64,000 nt of DNA from Bacteroidales bacterium (GCA_031551645.1 JAVBNI010000069.1:19759-83758); one strand, 5' to 3'; positions 37,776 to 47,248 are shown, numbered from the stretch's first letter. Numbers and translations are program-made. Notes: generated from the sequence alone by a model not told the origin.

Positions 37776-39041
37776 ATGAAGACCTTTAAATTTTTAGTTT
37801 TATTTTTTGCAGGTTGCATTTTCTTTTCAACCAATGCAGCATCGGGAGCCGATAAATTAATGGCAGGTACGGCTAAAGTAAATGTTACTCCTCAGAAACC
37901 GAAATATCCCGTTCACGATTCGCTGTATGCCAGGAGTCTCATTCTTGATGCTGGTGGTACACGTATTGCATTTGTTTCCATAGATCTGGGAAATTATAAT
38001 AATGCTCCGTTGGTGGAGAGCTTAAAAAAGAAGTATCAGCTAAAGGAAGTATATTTCTGTCCCTCCCACACCCATTCGGGAGAACGCGCTCCATCTCCAT
38101 GGATGGAGGAACAGATCACGAAAGCAGTGGACAAAGCTTCAAAAAATATGTTTGAAGCACGCATTTCTGCCGGGCATCGATCTTTCCCTCAGTTGGGATT
38201 CAACCGCCTGATCATCCGTGACGACGGTTGGGCGCGCGAACCGTGGTTTGCCGACGATCATTATCTTTCTATCAACAAGGAACGTATTCCTTTCGGTCCG
38301 GTAGATCCGGCAGTAGGCGTGCTCAAAATTGAGGATACCAAGGGTAATCCGCGTATTATTGTGATGAATTATGCCTGCCACACCGATGCGGTATGGGGTA
38401 ATTTTGCCCTTTCGGCCGACTGGGTGGGTGTTGCTACCAGGTTGACGGAGGAAGCATTTGATAAAAAAATCAACTGTCTGTTTATTGAAGGAGCGGCCGG
38501 TAACATTGCCCCTTTGTTCAAGGATCTGGGCCGGTCGGGACCGGATGACCCGCGTGAAACCGATTATAACCTGATTGAACGTATGGGAAAATTACTTTCT
38601 ATCGAAACGGTGAAACTTGCGAAAGAGTTGCGTTATAATCCCGAGGATGGTATAGCTGTAAGAGTAAAGACAGATTCACTTCATTTTACAGGTCGTTTTG
38701 ATAAGGCATTGAAATACAATATATATTTTTCAACTATTTTGATCAATGATAAAATTGCTATTGCGACCTTTCCGGGCGAGCCGTTTATCAAGTTCCAACT
38801 CGATTGGAAAAAAGACCTTGAGTCATATGCCATACCGTTTTTCTTTGGATATACCTGGAACGGGGGAAAATGGCCGATCTATGTTCCCGATATCAGATCC
38901 TCTGCTTTAGGTGGTTTCGGAGCCGACATGGGATTTCCTCTGATCGAGGTCGGTTCGGGCGAAGCGATTATGAACAAACATCTCGAAAATTTCTATATCC
39001 TTAATGGAAGAATGAGACCCGTTCAAGGACCAACGAATTAA
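37776..39041 (+). CDS. secreted hydrolase resembling the neutral/alkaline ceramidase N-terminal domain (paralog 2)
   Basis: This is a tandem paralog of 36474-37763, roughly two-thirds identical by eye, separated by a 12-nt gap. Confidence 0.5.
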   Translation: MKTFKFLVLFFAGCIFFSTNAASGADKLMAGTAKVNVTPQKPKYPVHDSLYARSLILDAGGTRIAFVSIDLGNYNNAPLVESLKKKYQLKEVYFCPSHTHSGERAPSPWMEEQITKAVDKASKNMFEARISAGHRSFPQLGFNRLIIRDDGWAREPWFADDHYLSINKERIPFGPVDPAVGVLKIEDTKGNPRIIVMNYACHTDAVWGNFALSADWVGVATRLTEEAFDKKINCLFIEGAAGNIAPLFKDLGRSGPDDPRETDYNLIERMGKLLSIETVKLAKELRYNPEDGIAVRVKTDSLHFTGRFDKALKYNIYFSTILINDKIAIATFPGEPFIKFQLDWKKDLESYAIPFFFGYTWNGGKWPIYVPDIRSSALGGFGADMGFPLIEVGSGEAIMNKHLENFYILNGRMRPVQGPTN

Positions 39042-39068
39042 ATGGTTAATGGTAAATGATTAATGATG
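39041..39068 (+). repeat. period-7 tract AATGGTT AATGGTA AATGATT AATGATG
   Basis: The tract begins within the TAA stop codon (39039-39041). Confidence 0.7.
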
Positions 39069-39316
39069 CGAATCAAGGGTTGGATAGATATTGTCGATCA
39101 GCTTGAAAAGCTGTATTTTCATAACCTCGGGTAAGCGAAGTGTAACCCAAGGGAAAATACACACATCTTACCTGCCTGGAAGGCAGAGCCATATCAAAAT
39201 CAAAGTGCTGCCTTACAGGCAGATATTCTATTATATCGCTTTTCCGGAGGTCAACGACCTCCGGTTATGAAAATATAGCTTTTCAAGCTATTATTGTTTT
39301 CAACCCTTGATTTGCA
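39068..39316 (-). repeat. structured four-hairpin repeat, copy B (inverted relative to copy A) with an extra outer stem
   Basis: The outer stem is GCGAATCAAGGGTTG / CAACCCTTGATTTGC. The inner TIRs are at 39101-39126 / 39263-39288. The hairpins are CCGGAGGTC-AAC-GACCTCCGG, CTGCC-TGGA-AGGCAG and CTGCC-TTAC-AGGCAG. Confidence 0.8.
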
Positions 39317-39374
39317 TGAATAACAGAATAACTGAATCTTTGAATTGTTGAATCGTTGAATTTTTAAAGCTGGC

Positions 39375-39534
39375 CTTTCCGGGTTTCGGCAATGGTACTT
39401 TTGAGAAAAATATCTGCTTCCGGACTTCGGGAATGGTACTTTTAGAAAAAATATCTGTTTCCGGGCTTCGGAAATGTCTTTAGGAATAAAAACTAACTTT
39501 TCCGGATTTCGGGAGTATTCTGGCGAACAGAAAC
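39375..39534 (+). repeat. four tandem copies of a ~41-nt unit (TTCCGGRYTTCGG..AATGGTACTTTT.AGAAAAAATATCTG)
   Basis: The units are at 39375-39416, 39417-39457, 39458-39497 and 39498-39534. They decay progressively. Confidence 0.75.
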
Positions 39535-39536
39535 AA

Positions 39537-39602
39537 TAAGTACCATGCGAGATATTATCGACGTTTTTTTAATTTATTTAGACTTGATTTATTGTTCTTT
39601 GC
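39537..39602 (-). repeat. D2 element (copy of 62824-62890, inverted)
   Basis: The reverse complement reads GCAAAGAACAATAAATCAAGTCTAAATAAATT.AAAAAACGTCGATAATATCTCGCATGGTACTTA. Confidence 0.8.
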
Positions 39603-39622
39603 ACGAAACAAACCATTAACCA

Positions 39623-40765
39623 TTAACCATTTCTTAACAGATCGTTCATCGTGACGACAGGAATATCCTTAATATCCGGACTAACTAATTCCGGACGATT
39701 GTCATGATAAACGTATCCTTCTACATTTTTTAGCGGCCAAACAATCGGAGCGAGACACAGGGTAGCTGCCTGAAATCCCTGCATCGTTGCACCTATGTTA
39801 CCGGTGTGGGCAGAATTTGCCGCTTCATTCTCAATTACGAAAGGTTTATCAAACCCCAGTTCCATTAAAGTCTCAAGAAACATACGCCAATCCATACTAT
39901 CATATCCGCCAAAACCCGGCAACATGGCTTCGTAAGGATGTCTGTCCCAATCGTGCTTCGCTACAGGAACTCCTGCTTGTTGGGCAAGTTCCGGATTTAC
40001 ATATTGTTTCGGATACATCGCTCCCCAATAGATGCTGGATTGATTTCTTAAATTCCGTGTCGCCTTGACGTGTACCCTGCGTAACCGGCCGATATCCGTA
40101 TTCCTGATCACGTCCGACGGATTGATGTTTTGCCAGATATCATGCGAAGGATCATAGGTCTCACCGTGTGCTTTGCTTGGGATAAGTGCATACATCAGTT
40201 TCCTGGCGGCAAGTGTTCCCGGAAGATTATTGTAGGTGAACGGCCAGGTTTTAGACCTCCATCCTTCCATGGGGCAGTTTTCGTAAATAATGGTAACGCC
40301 AAGATCTTCCGCATACTTGATAATAGGAGAAAATACCTGTTTATACTCGTACAGATTCTTTTCGAACCCTCCATCCTGAACACCCAGTTCGTCATTGTAT
40401 CCTACAAATGTGCCAACTTTGACATCGTTACGGTCGCCCCCGCATAAATGGGCAATACGGATCAATTTCAACAGATGGTTCTGATTGGTCAATCTTTCTT
40501 CGGGATCTCCTCCAATCAGATTTTCATACGATCCGACAGAAAACCGGAGTCCCTCACGGTTGAATTGTTCAATCAGTTGTTTGGCCTGATCGGGGCCAAA
40601 AGTTTCATAATCAAGATGAGTGGCTACATGGTCGCTGCGGGAACCACCCCGGGGGAAAACGCATATTTCCAGACCCTGTACATTTATTTCCTTTGCCTTT
40701 GTGATGATCTGCTCAAGGCTAAAAGGTTTGAAAGCCGATGTCATCAACCAAATCTGATTATTCAT
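39623..40765 (-). CDS. sugar phosphate isomerase/epimerase (xylose isomerase-like TIM barrel) family protein
   Basis: A start at 40765 (MNNQIWLMTSAF) is preferred over the start at 40840. The body is a TIM-barrel AP-endonuclease-2/xylose-isomerase-like sequence. Confidence 0.55.
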   Translation of the reverse strand: MNNQIWLMTSAFKPFSLEQIITKAKEINVQGLEICVFPRGGSRSDHVATHLDYETFGPDQAKQLIEQFNREGLRFSVGSYENLIGGDPEERLTNQNHLLKLIRIAHLCGGDRNDVKVGTFVGYNDELGVQDGGFEKNLYEYKQVFSPIIKYAEDLGVTIIYENCPMEGWRSKTWPFTYNNLPGTLAARKLMYALIPSKAHGETYDPSHDIWQNINPSDVIRNTDIGRLRRVHVKATRNLRNQSSIYWGAMYPKQYVNPELAQQAGVPVAKHDWDRHPYEAMLPGFGGYDSMDWRMFLETLMELGFDKPFVIENEAANSAHTGNIGATMQGFQAATLCLAPIVWPLKNVEGYVYHDNRPELVSPDIKDIPVVTMNDLLRNG

Positions 40766-40897
40766 AAAGTCAAGTGTTAAAATTAATTTTGTTATGGGAA
40801 ATGCTATAATATAGCTACAGATATTCCAGTCATATAACAACCCTCAAAGTTATGGATTTTATGATTACATGGTATTATACTCCTATGAAAATATACC

Positions 40898-40995
40898 GTC
40901 CCATACGGGACATTTTCAGGCGTGCCGTCAGGCACAAAATATTGGTAGGATAACAAAACCGATTGTATATAAGTCCCACATAGGGACGACATATT
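40898..40995. repeat. multi-hairpin repeat, family C
   Basis: The hairpins are GTCCC-ATAC-GGGAC, GTGCC-GTCA-GGCAC and GTCCC-ACATA-GGGAC. It is inverted relative to 10711-10800. Confidence 0.75.
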
Positions 40996-41084
40996 CGTAT
41001 GTAACAATAATATCTGGGATACATATTTTATTTAATGAATATCGGATGTTTTACCTAACCCTGTCCCGTAGGAACTGAATATGA

Positions 41085-41310
41085 ATAACCGTGGGCTTCA
41101 CCCACGGTTATTATTCGCTGGCGCTCATGAGAACGCTTACGCTAAGTTTTAACGCGCTCCGCCTACCGGCTGCGCTTGAACGGAACTTAACCGAAGGCGT
41201 TTTCACGCAGCGAAGCAAGTAAAATCGTCAATATGGCATGGTTATTCACTGTCGTTCATGAGGGCTAAGCCGTTCGGGCTAACACCCGCCGCACTTCGAA
41301 AATGAACAAC
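41085..41310 (+). repeat. 11-bp perfect hairpin (ATAACCGTGGG-CTTCA-CCCACGGTTAT) followed by two family E units
   Basis: CTCATGAGAACGCTTACGCTAAGTTTTAACGCG and GTTCATGAGGGCTAAGCCGTTCGGGC are matched at 36200-36265. Confidence 0.65.
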
Positions 41311-41521
41311 TGATTATCTACAACGCAACATTTAACTACAGCCATATTGTCCCATTATTTTCGTCACGCATTTTTTTATCATTAAAAATGATACTGAAGC
41401 ATTAATTTTCTGTATATAAGAGATAATTTGTCGTTGACAAATATCGTCTTATATTCATTTTTTTGTGCGAAATAAAAAACATTTTTTCTAAATTTATCTT
41501 TATAGTATTAGATATATTATA

Positions 41522-42424
41522 GTGAAGCAAGTTTTGTTTTATTCGCACATTGTTATGGATATCTTCTTACATGGATTTTGCCGATTCCTGGCATTTTTTC
41601 CACTTCGGTGCCTGTATTTGTTATCTGATTTTATCTATCTAATAGCATATTATATAATACGTTACCGACGGGATATTGTCGCAGAAAATTTGGAAAATGC
41701 TTTTCCTGAAAAGACACTAAAAGAGCGTAAAATAATTGCCCGGCAATTTTATCATTTTCTATGTGATGTGATGGTCGAAACGATTAAGACCCTTCACATC
41801 AGTGATCAGGAAATGCAACGACGCATTCATTTCAGTACGCCTGAATTGCTTGACGAATTATACCAGAAAAATAAACATGTATTTATTTCTACAGGACACT
41901 ATGGCAACTGGGAATGGCTTGCAACACTTGAAGCAATTGATCCGTATCATCAGGCAACATTATACAAACCGTTAAATAACAAGACTTTTGACAATTTAGT
42001 TTGCAAGATCCGGACTAGGTTTGGCACGGAAGTGTTTCCTGTTAATAACGCATTACGAGCAATTAATCATTTCATACACAGCAGTAAACAGACTATACTT
42101 TGTTTCCTGTGCGACCAGTCTCCGCATAAAAATATGATACAACATTGGACAACTTTTCTAAACCAGGATACACCGGTACATTTGGGTATGGAAAAGCTGG
42201 CACGAAGATATAATGTTGCAGCCATGTATTTTGAAGTAAGACGAGTAAAACGAGGCTATTATCTTGTAGATACAACCCTTATCTCCGAAAATGCAGCAGA
42301 AACAAAGCCTTTGGAAATTACCGAAAAACATGTTGCTCTTCTTGAACAAAGTATCCGTCGAAACCCGCAATATTGGTTGTGGAGCCACCGGCGATGGAAA
42401 CACAAGCGGGAGCCAATCAATTGA
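41522..42424 (+). CDS. lipid A biosynthesis lauroyl/myristoyl acyltransferase (LpxL/HtrB family)
   Basis: The HYGNWEW catalytic motif (HxxxxE/D type) and an N-terminal membrane anchor are present. The GTG start is uncertain. Confidence 0.7.
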   Translation: MKQVLFYSHIVMDIFLHGFCRFLAFFPLRCLYLLSDFIYLIAYYIIRYRRDIVAENLENAFPEKTLKERKIIARQFYHFLCDVMVETIKTLHISDQEMQRRIHFSTPELLDELYQKNKHVFISTGHYGNWEWLATLEAIDPYHQATLYKPLNNKTFDNLVCKIRTRFGTEVFPVNNALRAINHFIHSSKQTILCFLCDQSPHKNMIQHWTTFLNQDTPVHLGMEKLARRYNVAAMYFEVRRVKRGYYLVDTTLISENAAETKPLEITEKHVALLEQSIRRNPQYWLWSHRRWKHKREPIN

Positions 42425-42566
42425 TTATTGGTGATCGAATATTGATTATTAATGAACTACCCCGAAGCAAGCTGTCGGGGTATCAATAAGGAATATTTTT
42501 CTTTTTCTCGCTACAAGCAGCAGAGAATTAAACCCAAAGAGATTAAGTTCCATAAAATGAAAGGGT

Positions 42567-43376
42567 TTAACGGGATAAAAGAAATCGTTGCACCACATCC
42601 AGAAACAATTCGGGTTGTTCCACATGCAACCAATGTCCGGCATTGGGAATAGTAACAATCTGTGAATTAGTGAAACTTTGCCGGATGAAGGGATATATTG
42701 CCGGAGATATATAAGGCGATCGCTTTCCTTTTACAAACAAGGTCGGAACATTAATATGTTTGCCTTTATCCAATTCAAGTTGATCCATTCCGTTGAGTAT
42801 GTGTGGCAAATTCTGAACAATAGCCTGTATATTGATACGCCAACTATAGTGGGTTCCATTTTCGCGTCGCAGGTTTTTTAACAAGAATTGCCGCACATTC
42901 ATATCGGGAATCGATTGCGCCCAAGACTGTTCAATTTCTTCCCGCTTCGTATATTGGTTTAAATCAGTATGTAACAGTGTATCTACGATATTCAAATGCT
43001 CTATAGAAAGGGGCGAAAACTCAGAAGCTGAGGAATAATTGACAGGTGCAATATCATCAATAATGAGTTTGATAATCCTTTGAGGGATAGTTGCCGCAAC
43101 ATACATGGCTGTTTTTCCTCCCATCGAATGTCCCAGCATGATGCATCGATCAATATTATTATTGTCCATCAATTCAATAATATCGGCACTCAATGCAGCA
43201 TATGTATGTAACGGATGATGTGGTGAACGTCCGTGATTACGCAAATCGGGAACAAATACTTCGTATTGCCCCGACAAACCACGCGCAATGGTTAGCCAAT
43301 TATCCGAACTCCCATATAAACCGTGCAAAATAACCACTGGAACACCTTGTCCCATTCTCCTGAAAAACAATTCCAT
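42567..43376 (-). CDS. alpha/beta hydrolase (YbfF-like esterase)
   Basis: The segment VVILHGLYGSSDNW and the nucleophile elbow GHSMGG are present. Confidence 0.75.
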   Translation of the reverse strand: MELFFRRMGQGVPVVILHGLYGSSDNWLTIARGLSGQYEVFVPDLRNHGRSPHHPLHTYAALSADIIELMDNNNIDRCIMLGHSMGGKTAMYVAATIPQRIIKLIIDDIAPVNYSSASEFSPLSIEHLNIVDTLLHTDLNQYTKREEIEQSWAQSIPDMNVRQFLLKNLRRENGTHYSWRINIQAIVQNLPHILNGMDQLELDKGKHINVPTLFVKGKRSPYISPAIYPFIRQSFTNSQIVTIPNAGHWLHVEQPELFLDVVQRFLLSR

Positions 43377-43535
43377 CCCGTAATTGAACTAACGACTACT
43401 GCTAAATTAAAAATTAAGAGTTAAGAACTTAGCGCAAGCGATCTCACCAAAGGTAATTAAAAAATACAACACGCATATTTTAAAAGTGTTACTTTGATTT
43501 ACGCCACTTCGAAGTTATTTGATTTTAATCAAGCT

Positions 43536-44465
43536 TTAAAACATTTTCCATTTGAAAAATCTCAATTTACTTTTCACATAAGTTGTATTAACCGGTATAT
43601 TATAGGAAAGCATAATTTCATGCGATCCGTTGTTATAGCTGCTTAACTCATCTATTCCATAATCAAAAGAATAAGCCACCCTGATTCCCCTGTATACATT
43701 GATACCCAAGGCTACTCCCAAGGTCATGGGATTGCGGTATATCAAATTGACGCAGATGTTGTTGTTATAGCGAAATCCCATGCTCAACTCGTAAGTATTC
43801 AGCTTTTGGGTATTGTGCCAGGTGATACCGGGAATAAAGTCCCAATACTTGTCCATCGGTAGTTTTCCACGCGCATATACATAAATATTCCGCATCGGAA
43901 CAACCAACGATTGGTCTTCATGGGAACGTAACAGATGCGTCACAGAAGCGCCGATTTCTATTTGACGGGTATTGAATTCGAATCCAAAATCAAAATCGGG
44001 CATGATTTTCGACTCTTTGATAAAAGTGATCGATTCATCATCACTTTCTCTTGCAAAAAAATCCGACTCATCATATGTACTGCTGAACAAACCCATCCCT
44101 AACCCCAAAGATAAAAAAGCTTTTTCTTCAAATGGAATAAAGTACGCATAATTCATTTTCAGATTTTGTGTTTTCTGAGGCCCGAATTTATCACTCATCC
44201 ACATCAGGCCAAAACCCGAACGAATATCTTTTACAAATCCGCTACCGTTCACGACCTGTGTAGACGGTCCCGGAAAACCTGTCCATTGCCGGCGTACTGC
44301 CAAATAGGCATTAATATCACCGCCCTTACCGGCAGCGGCAGGATTAATCACAGCGCGATTGTTGGTTTGCTGGAGAAACATGGGATCAGTCTGCGCAAAC
44401 GTTTCCACGATAACGCAAAGGACAATAGTCAATATGGATAAAAAGATCTTCACGCTTACCATCAA
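43536..44465 (-). CDS. PorP/SprF-family type IX secretion system outer membrane protein
   Basis: A signal peptide is followed by QQDPMFLQQ-type N-terminus (here TDPMFLQQTNNRAVINPAAAG) and a beta-barrel-like body. The gene overlaps the stop of the upstream type B cargo gene by 4 nt. Confidence 0.8.
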   Translation of the reverse strand: MMVSVKIFLSILTIVLCVIVETFAQTDPMFLQQTNNRAVINPAAAGKGGDINAYLAVRRQWTGFPGPSTQVVNGSGFVKDIRSGFGLMWMSDKFGPQKTQNLKMNYAYFIPFEEKAFLSLGLGMGLFSSTYDESDFFARESDDESITFIKESKIMPDFDFGFEFNTRQIEIGASVTHLLRSHEDQSLVVPMRNIYVYARGKLPMDKYWDFIPGITWHNTQKLNTYELSMGFRYNNNICVNLIYRNPMTLGVALGINVYRGIRVAYSFDYGIDELSSYNNGSHEIMLSYNIPVNTTYVKSKLRFFKWKMF

Positions 44466-47047
44466 AGTTTTAAGGTCACAGTTCCTTTATAAACACGGTG
44501 TTCACCGTTGTTCATTGTCCGTTTCACCACGTATAGGTAAGTCCCCTGGGGAACTATTTTACCTTTATAAGTACCGTCCCAACCCGAAGTTCCTTTATAA
44601 AGCAATTCGCCCGCACGGCTGAAAACAGTCAAATCATAACCTTCAAGAAAAATTTCATTTTTTCCATCCTGGTTGGGAGTAAAGACATTCGGAAGTCTTT
44701 TACTTTCCACCGGAATCTCCAATTGATCCTGAGCGACACAATAATTAACGTCGGTAGCAAACACTCGAACCGCATAAGTTCCCAATTCCGCCTGGAAAGC
44801 AATCTGGTTGTTCGATCCTATTTCCTGTACAACCTTGTTGTTGAGTAAGAATTTATAACTAGCAAAACCAGGCGTTGCTTTTACGGTTATTTCGTCACCT
44901 TCAAGTATTTCGTCTACACGTCCATCATATACAAGCGCTACCGGTTCCGTTTCCAGTACTGATATATCAACACTTTTCGATTTAGAGGTAAACCCATCAC
45001 TCACCGTTACTTCATATGTTGTTGAAACCAAAGGATAATCTTCCATTACAGCATTTGTCCAAGTCCGGGGCGTCCAGGAATAAGTATACAAACCACTGCC
45101 ACCACTTACCACGGGAGTAATAACGACAGATTGTCCCGAACATATTTCATAAGGATATACCCTGAGTGATACTTCCAGCTCACGATACGGATGGCGTACG
45201 AGTACTTTGAATACGCATTCGACAACATTTCCTGCTTTATCAGTAATTGAATGCCGTACAGTCGTCTCACCCAATGGAAATAACGAACCACTTGGCAACC
45301 CTTCAAGCAGATCAACACTGACCACGCCACAATTATCTGTATAGTCCAGAGTATAATCGACTTTTGCTGAAAAAATGTCAGTATTGACAATAATCTCAAT
45401 ATCATCGGGGCACGTTCCTTTAGGAAGTTCAGCATCTATCACCGTAACGGTCTGCTGTGCTTTTTCCTTATTACCCACCAAATCTTCCACCCACCAGGTA
45501 AGGGTTGTACTTCCCAACTGATACTCATTCGGAGCTGCAGGTTCGATGTAAATTCTCAACTGGTCAGTGGGTGTACAGTTATCAGATACTTCAGGTAATC
45601 CAAGGTCAACGTTCGTAGCATAACAAACCCCGTCATTCGTTTTTATTTCCAGATTTCCGGGTGCAATGATCTGCGGACGTATATTATCCCCTACATTTAC
45701 AATAATGGTCCTTGGATAGTTACTTTCGCAAAAACCTTCATACTGAAGTGTAACATAATAAACCGTATTGGCTGTCAATACCGGCGTTTCGTAAGTAGGA
45801 CCGGTATTAAAAAGGCCTGTTTTGTTGCTATTTGTATACCATCTGAAAATAGGATCGGGTATTTCGGCAGACAGTGTAATGGTAGTATTATTAAAAGAAC
45901 ACACATGGGGTATGTCAGGAATATTGATCAATTGTTGTGATGCACGATCCTGTATGGTAACAATTACTTCTTGTTTGGGGCTTTCGCATTTCCCTGGCTG
46001 GGTCCGTGTTACATAAAATGTCTGTGTCCCCACAGTACTTGTATTTATCACGGGTGCAGAAATCTTATTTCCTTGCTGATTGTACCATTGAATAATATCT
46101 CCCGGGTCACCTGTAGCTGTCAATATTGGATTGGAGGCATTGATACAATAGGTCGGCTGAGTATCTGTAACCGGTAAATCAGAAAGTTCAATAACAGTTA
46201 TTTTTACTTCAGCACGGGAGCTTTCACATAACACATCACCACCAAAATCTTCTACAAAGGAAACCCACCAGGTCTGAGTTCCAACTGTTCCAGTATTTGG
46301 TGTGGGCGCTTCCGGTAAGGGATAGCCTCCCGTTGCCTGGGTATACCACAATGCATTGTTTTGAACAATGGCCAAGGGTGCAGCTTGTTCTTCACGACAG
46401 TATTCAGTTTTAGATGTAACGGTCGGGGCATTGGGTGTATCATAAACTTCAATGGTGGTTAAAGCAATACTGGTACCACAACCATTTTCAACTGAAAATT
46501 CTAACTGACTATTGTTTTGACTGTAAGCGACCTGAATATCTAATTCCGGATTATTTCCTACCACCACTCCTCCTAATCGCCAGACATACCCGGTAATAGG
46601 ACTTCCATTATCTATTATGGCTCCATTAGGTTTTGCAACTAAAAGTCCTCCATTACATGCAGGCGACACATCAATTCCTGGTACAGTCGGCTTGTCGAGA
46701 ACAGTTAAAGTTGCACCATTTGATGCTTCCGACCCTACTCCTATTACATTAACCAAACAGGAGTATTCCCCCGCCAGAGTTGCTGTATACGTAGAGTTTG
46801 TAGCATTGCTCTTGATTGCGATCCCATCTTTGTACCATCGATAAGATACTTGGTATCCACTTTGATATTCGTCCTTAACCTCGACAAAAAATTCTGCTGT
46901 TGACCCTTTACAAATCGTCTGGCTGACAGGTTGTGTTTTAATGACATCTGTTGCTGATACAAACGAAGAGCCGGTCAAAACGATCATCAAGGATAACAAG
47001 ACTCGTTTAAAAAAAAGATGTATATATGAGTGTCTGTTTATAATCAT
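44462..47047 (-). CDS. large cell-surface protein with Ig-like/HYR repeats and T9SS type B (gliding-motility-associated) C-terminal sorting domain
   Basis: The C-terminus is PNVFTPNQDGKNEIF...W.GTYKGKIVPQGTYLYVV...GTVTLKL. There are repeated Cys-containing Ig-like modules. Confidence 0.8.
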   Translation of the reverse strand: MIINRHSYIHLFFKRVLLSLMIVLTGSSFVSATDVIKTQPVSQTICKGSTAEFFVEVKDEYQSGYQVSYRWYKDGIAIKSNATNSTYTATLAGEYSCLVNVIGVGSEASNGATLTVLDKPTVPGIDVSPACNGGLLVAKPNGAIIDNGSPITGYVWRLGGVVVGNNPELDIQVAYSQNNSQLEFSVENGCGTSIALTTIEVYDTPNAPTVTSKTEYCREEQAAPLAIVQNNALWYTQATGGYPLPEAPTPNTGTVGTQTWWVSFVEDFGGDVLCESSRAEVKITVIELSDLPVTDTQPTYCINASNPILTATGDPGDIIQWYNQQGNKISAPVINTSTVGTQTFYVTRTQPGKCESPKQEVIVTIQDRASQQLINIPDIPHVCSFNNTTITLSAEIPDPIFRWYTNSNKTGLFNTGPTYETPVLTANTVYYVTLQYEGFCESNYPRTIIVNVGDNIRPQIIAPGNLEIKTNDGVCYATNVDLGLPEVSDNCTPTDQLRIYIEPAAPNEYQLGSTTLTWWVEDLVGNKEKAQQTVTVIDAELPKGTCPDDIEIIVNTDIFSAKVDYTLDYTDNCGVVSVDLLEGLPSGSLFPLGETTVRHSITDKAGNVVECVFKVLVRHPYRELEVSLRVYPYEICSGQSVVITPVVSGGSGLYTYSWTPRTWTNAVMEDYPLVSTTYEVTVSDGFTSKSKSVDISVLETEPVALVYDGRVDEILEGDEITVKATPGFASYKFLLNNKVVQEIGSNNQIAFQAELGTYAVRVFATDVNYCVAQDQLEIPVESKRLPNVFTPNQDGKNEIFLEGYDLTVFSRAGELLYKGTSGWDGTYKGKIVPQGTYLYVVKRTMNNGEHRVYKGTVTLKL

Positions 47048-47248
47048 TTAATATTCAAAACATAACAATGAACACCTAACTTTGGTTTCATTTGTTACAG
47101 ATTTTGTGCACCTTAGTTATACGGAAAATATTCATTTTAGTTACACATTTTGGCATGATGTTCGCTAAAATAAAACAGATATTTCCTGATTTTGTTATCA
47201 ATAAAGGCAAGAAGACTATCGTGTCAGTTGATTTTTTTATAAAGACAA

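Noticed and set aside
39317-39360. A TGAAT-containing tract that I initially grouped with the period-7 tracts.
   Set aside because: The spacing of the TGA triplets here is 8 nt (39333, 39341, 39349, 39357), not 7. I therefore excluded it from the period-7 set.
39375-39534. A possible CRISPR array, since the units repeat regularly at ~41 nt.
   Set aside because: The units are contiguous with no unique spacers. They decay progressively, and no cas genes are present. This is a plain tandem repeat.
40804-41078. Two overlapping ~68-aa ORFs on both strands, upstream of the isomerase gene.
   Set aside because: They overlap the family C multi-hairpin repeat. The equivalent sequence at 10.7 kb is non-coding.
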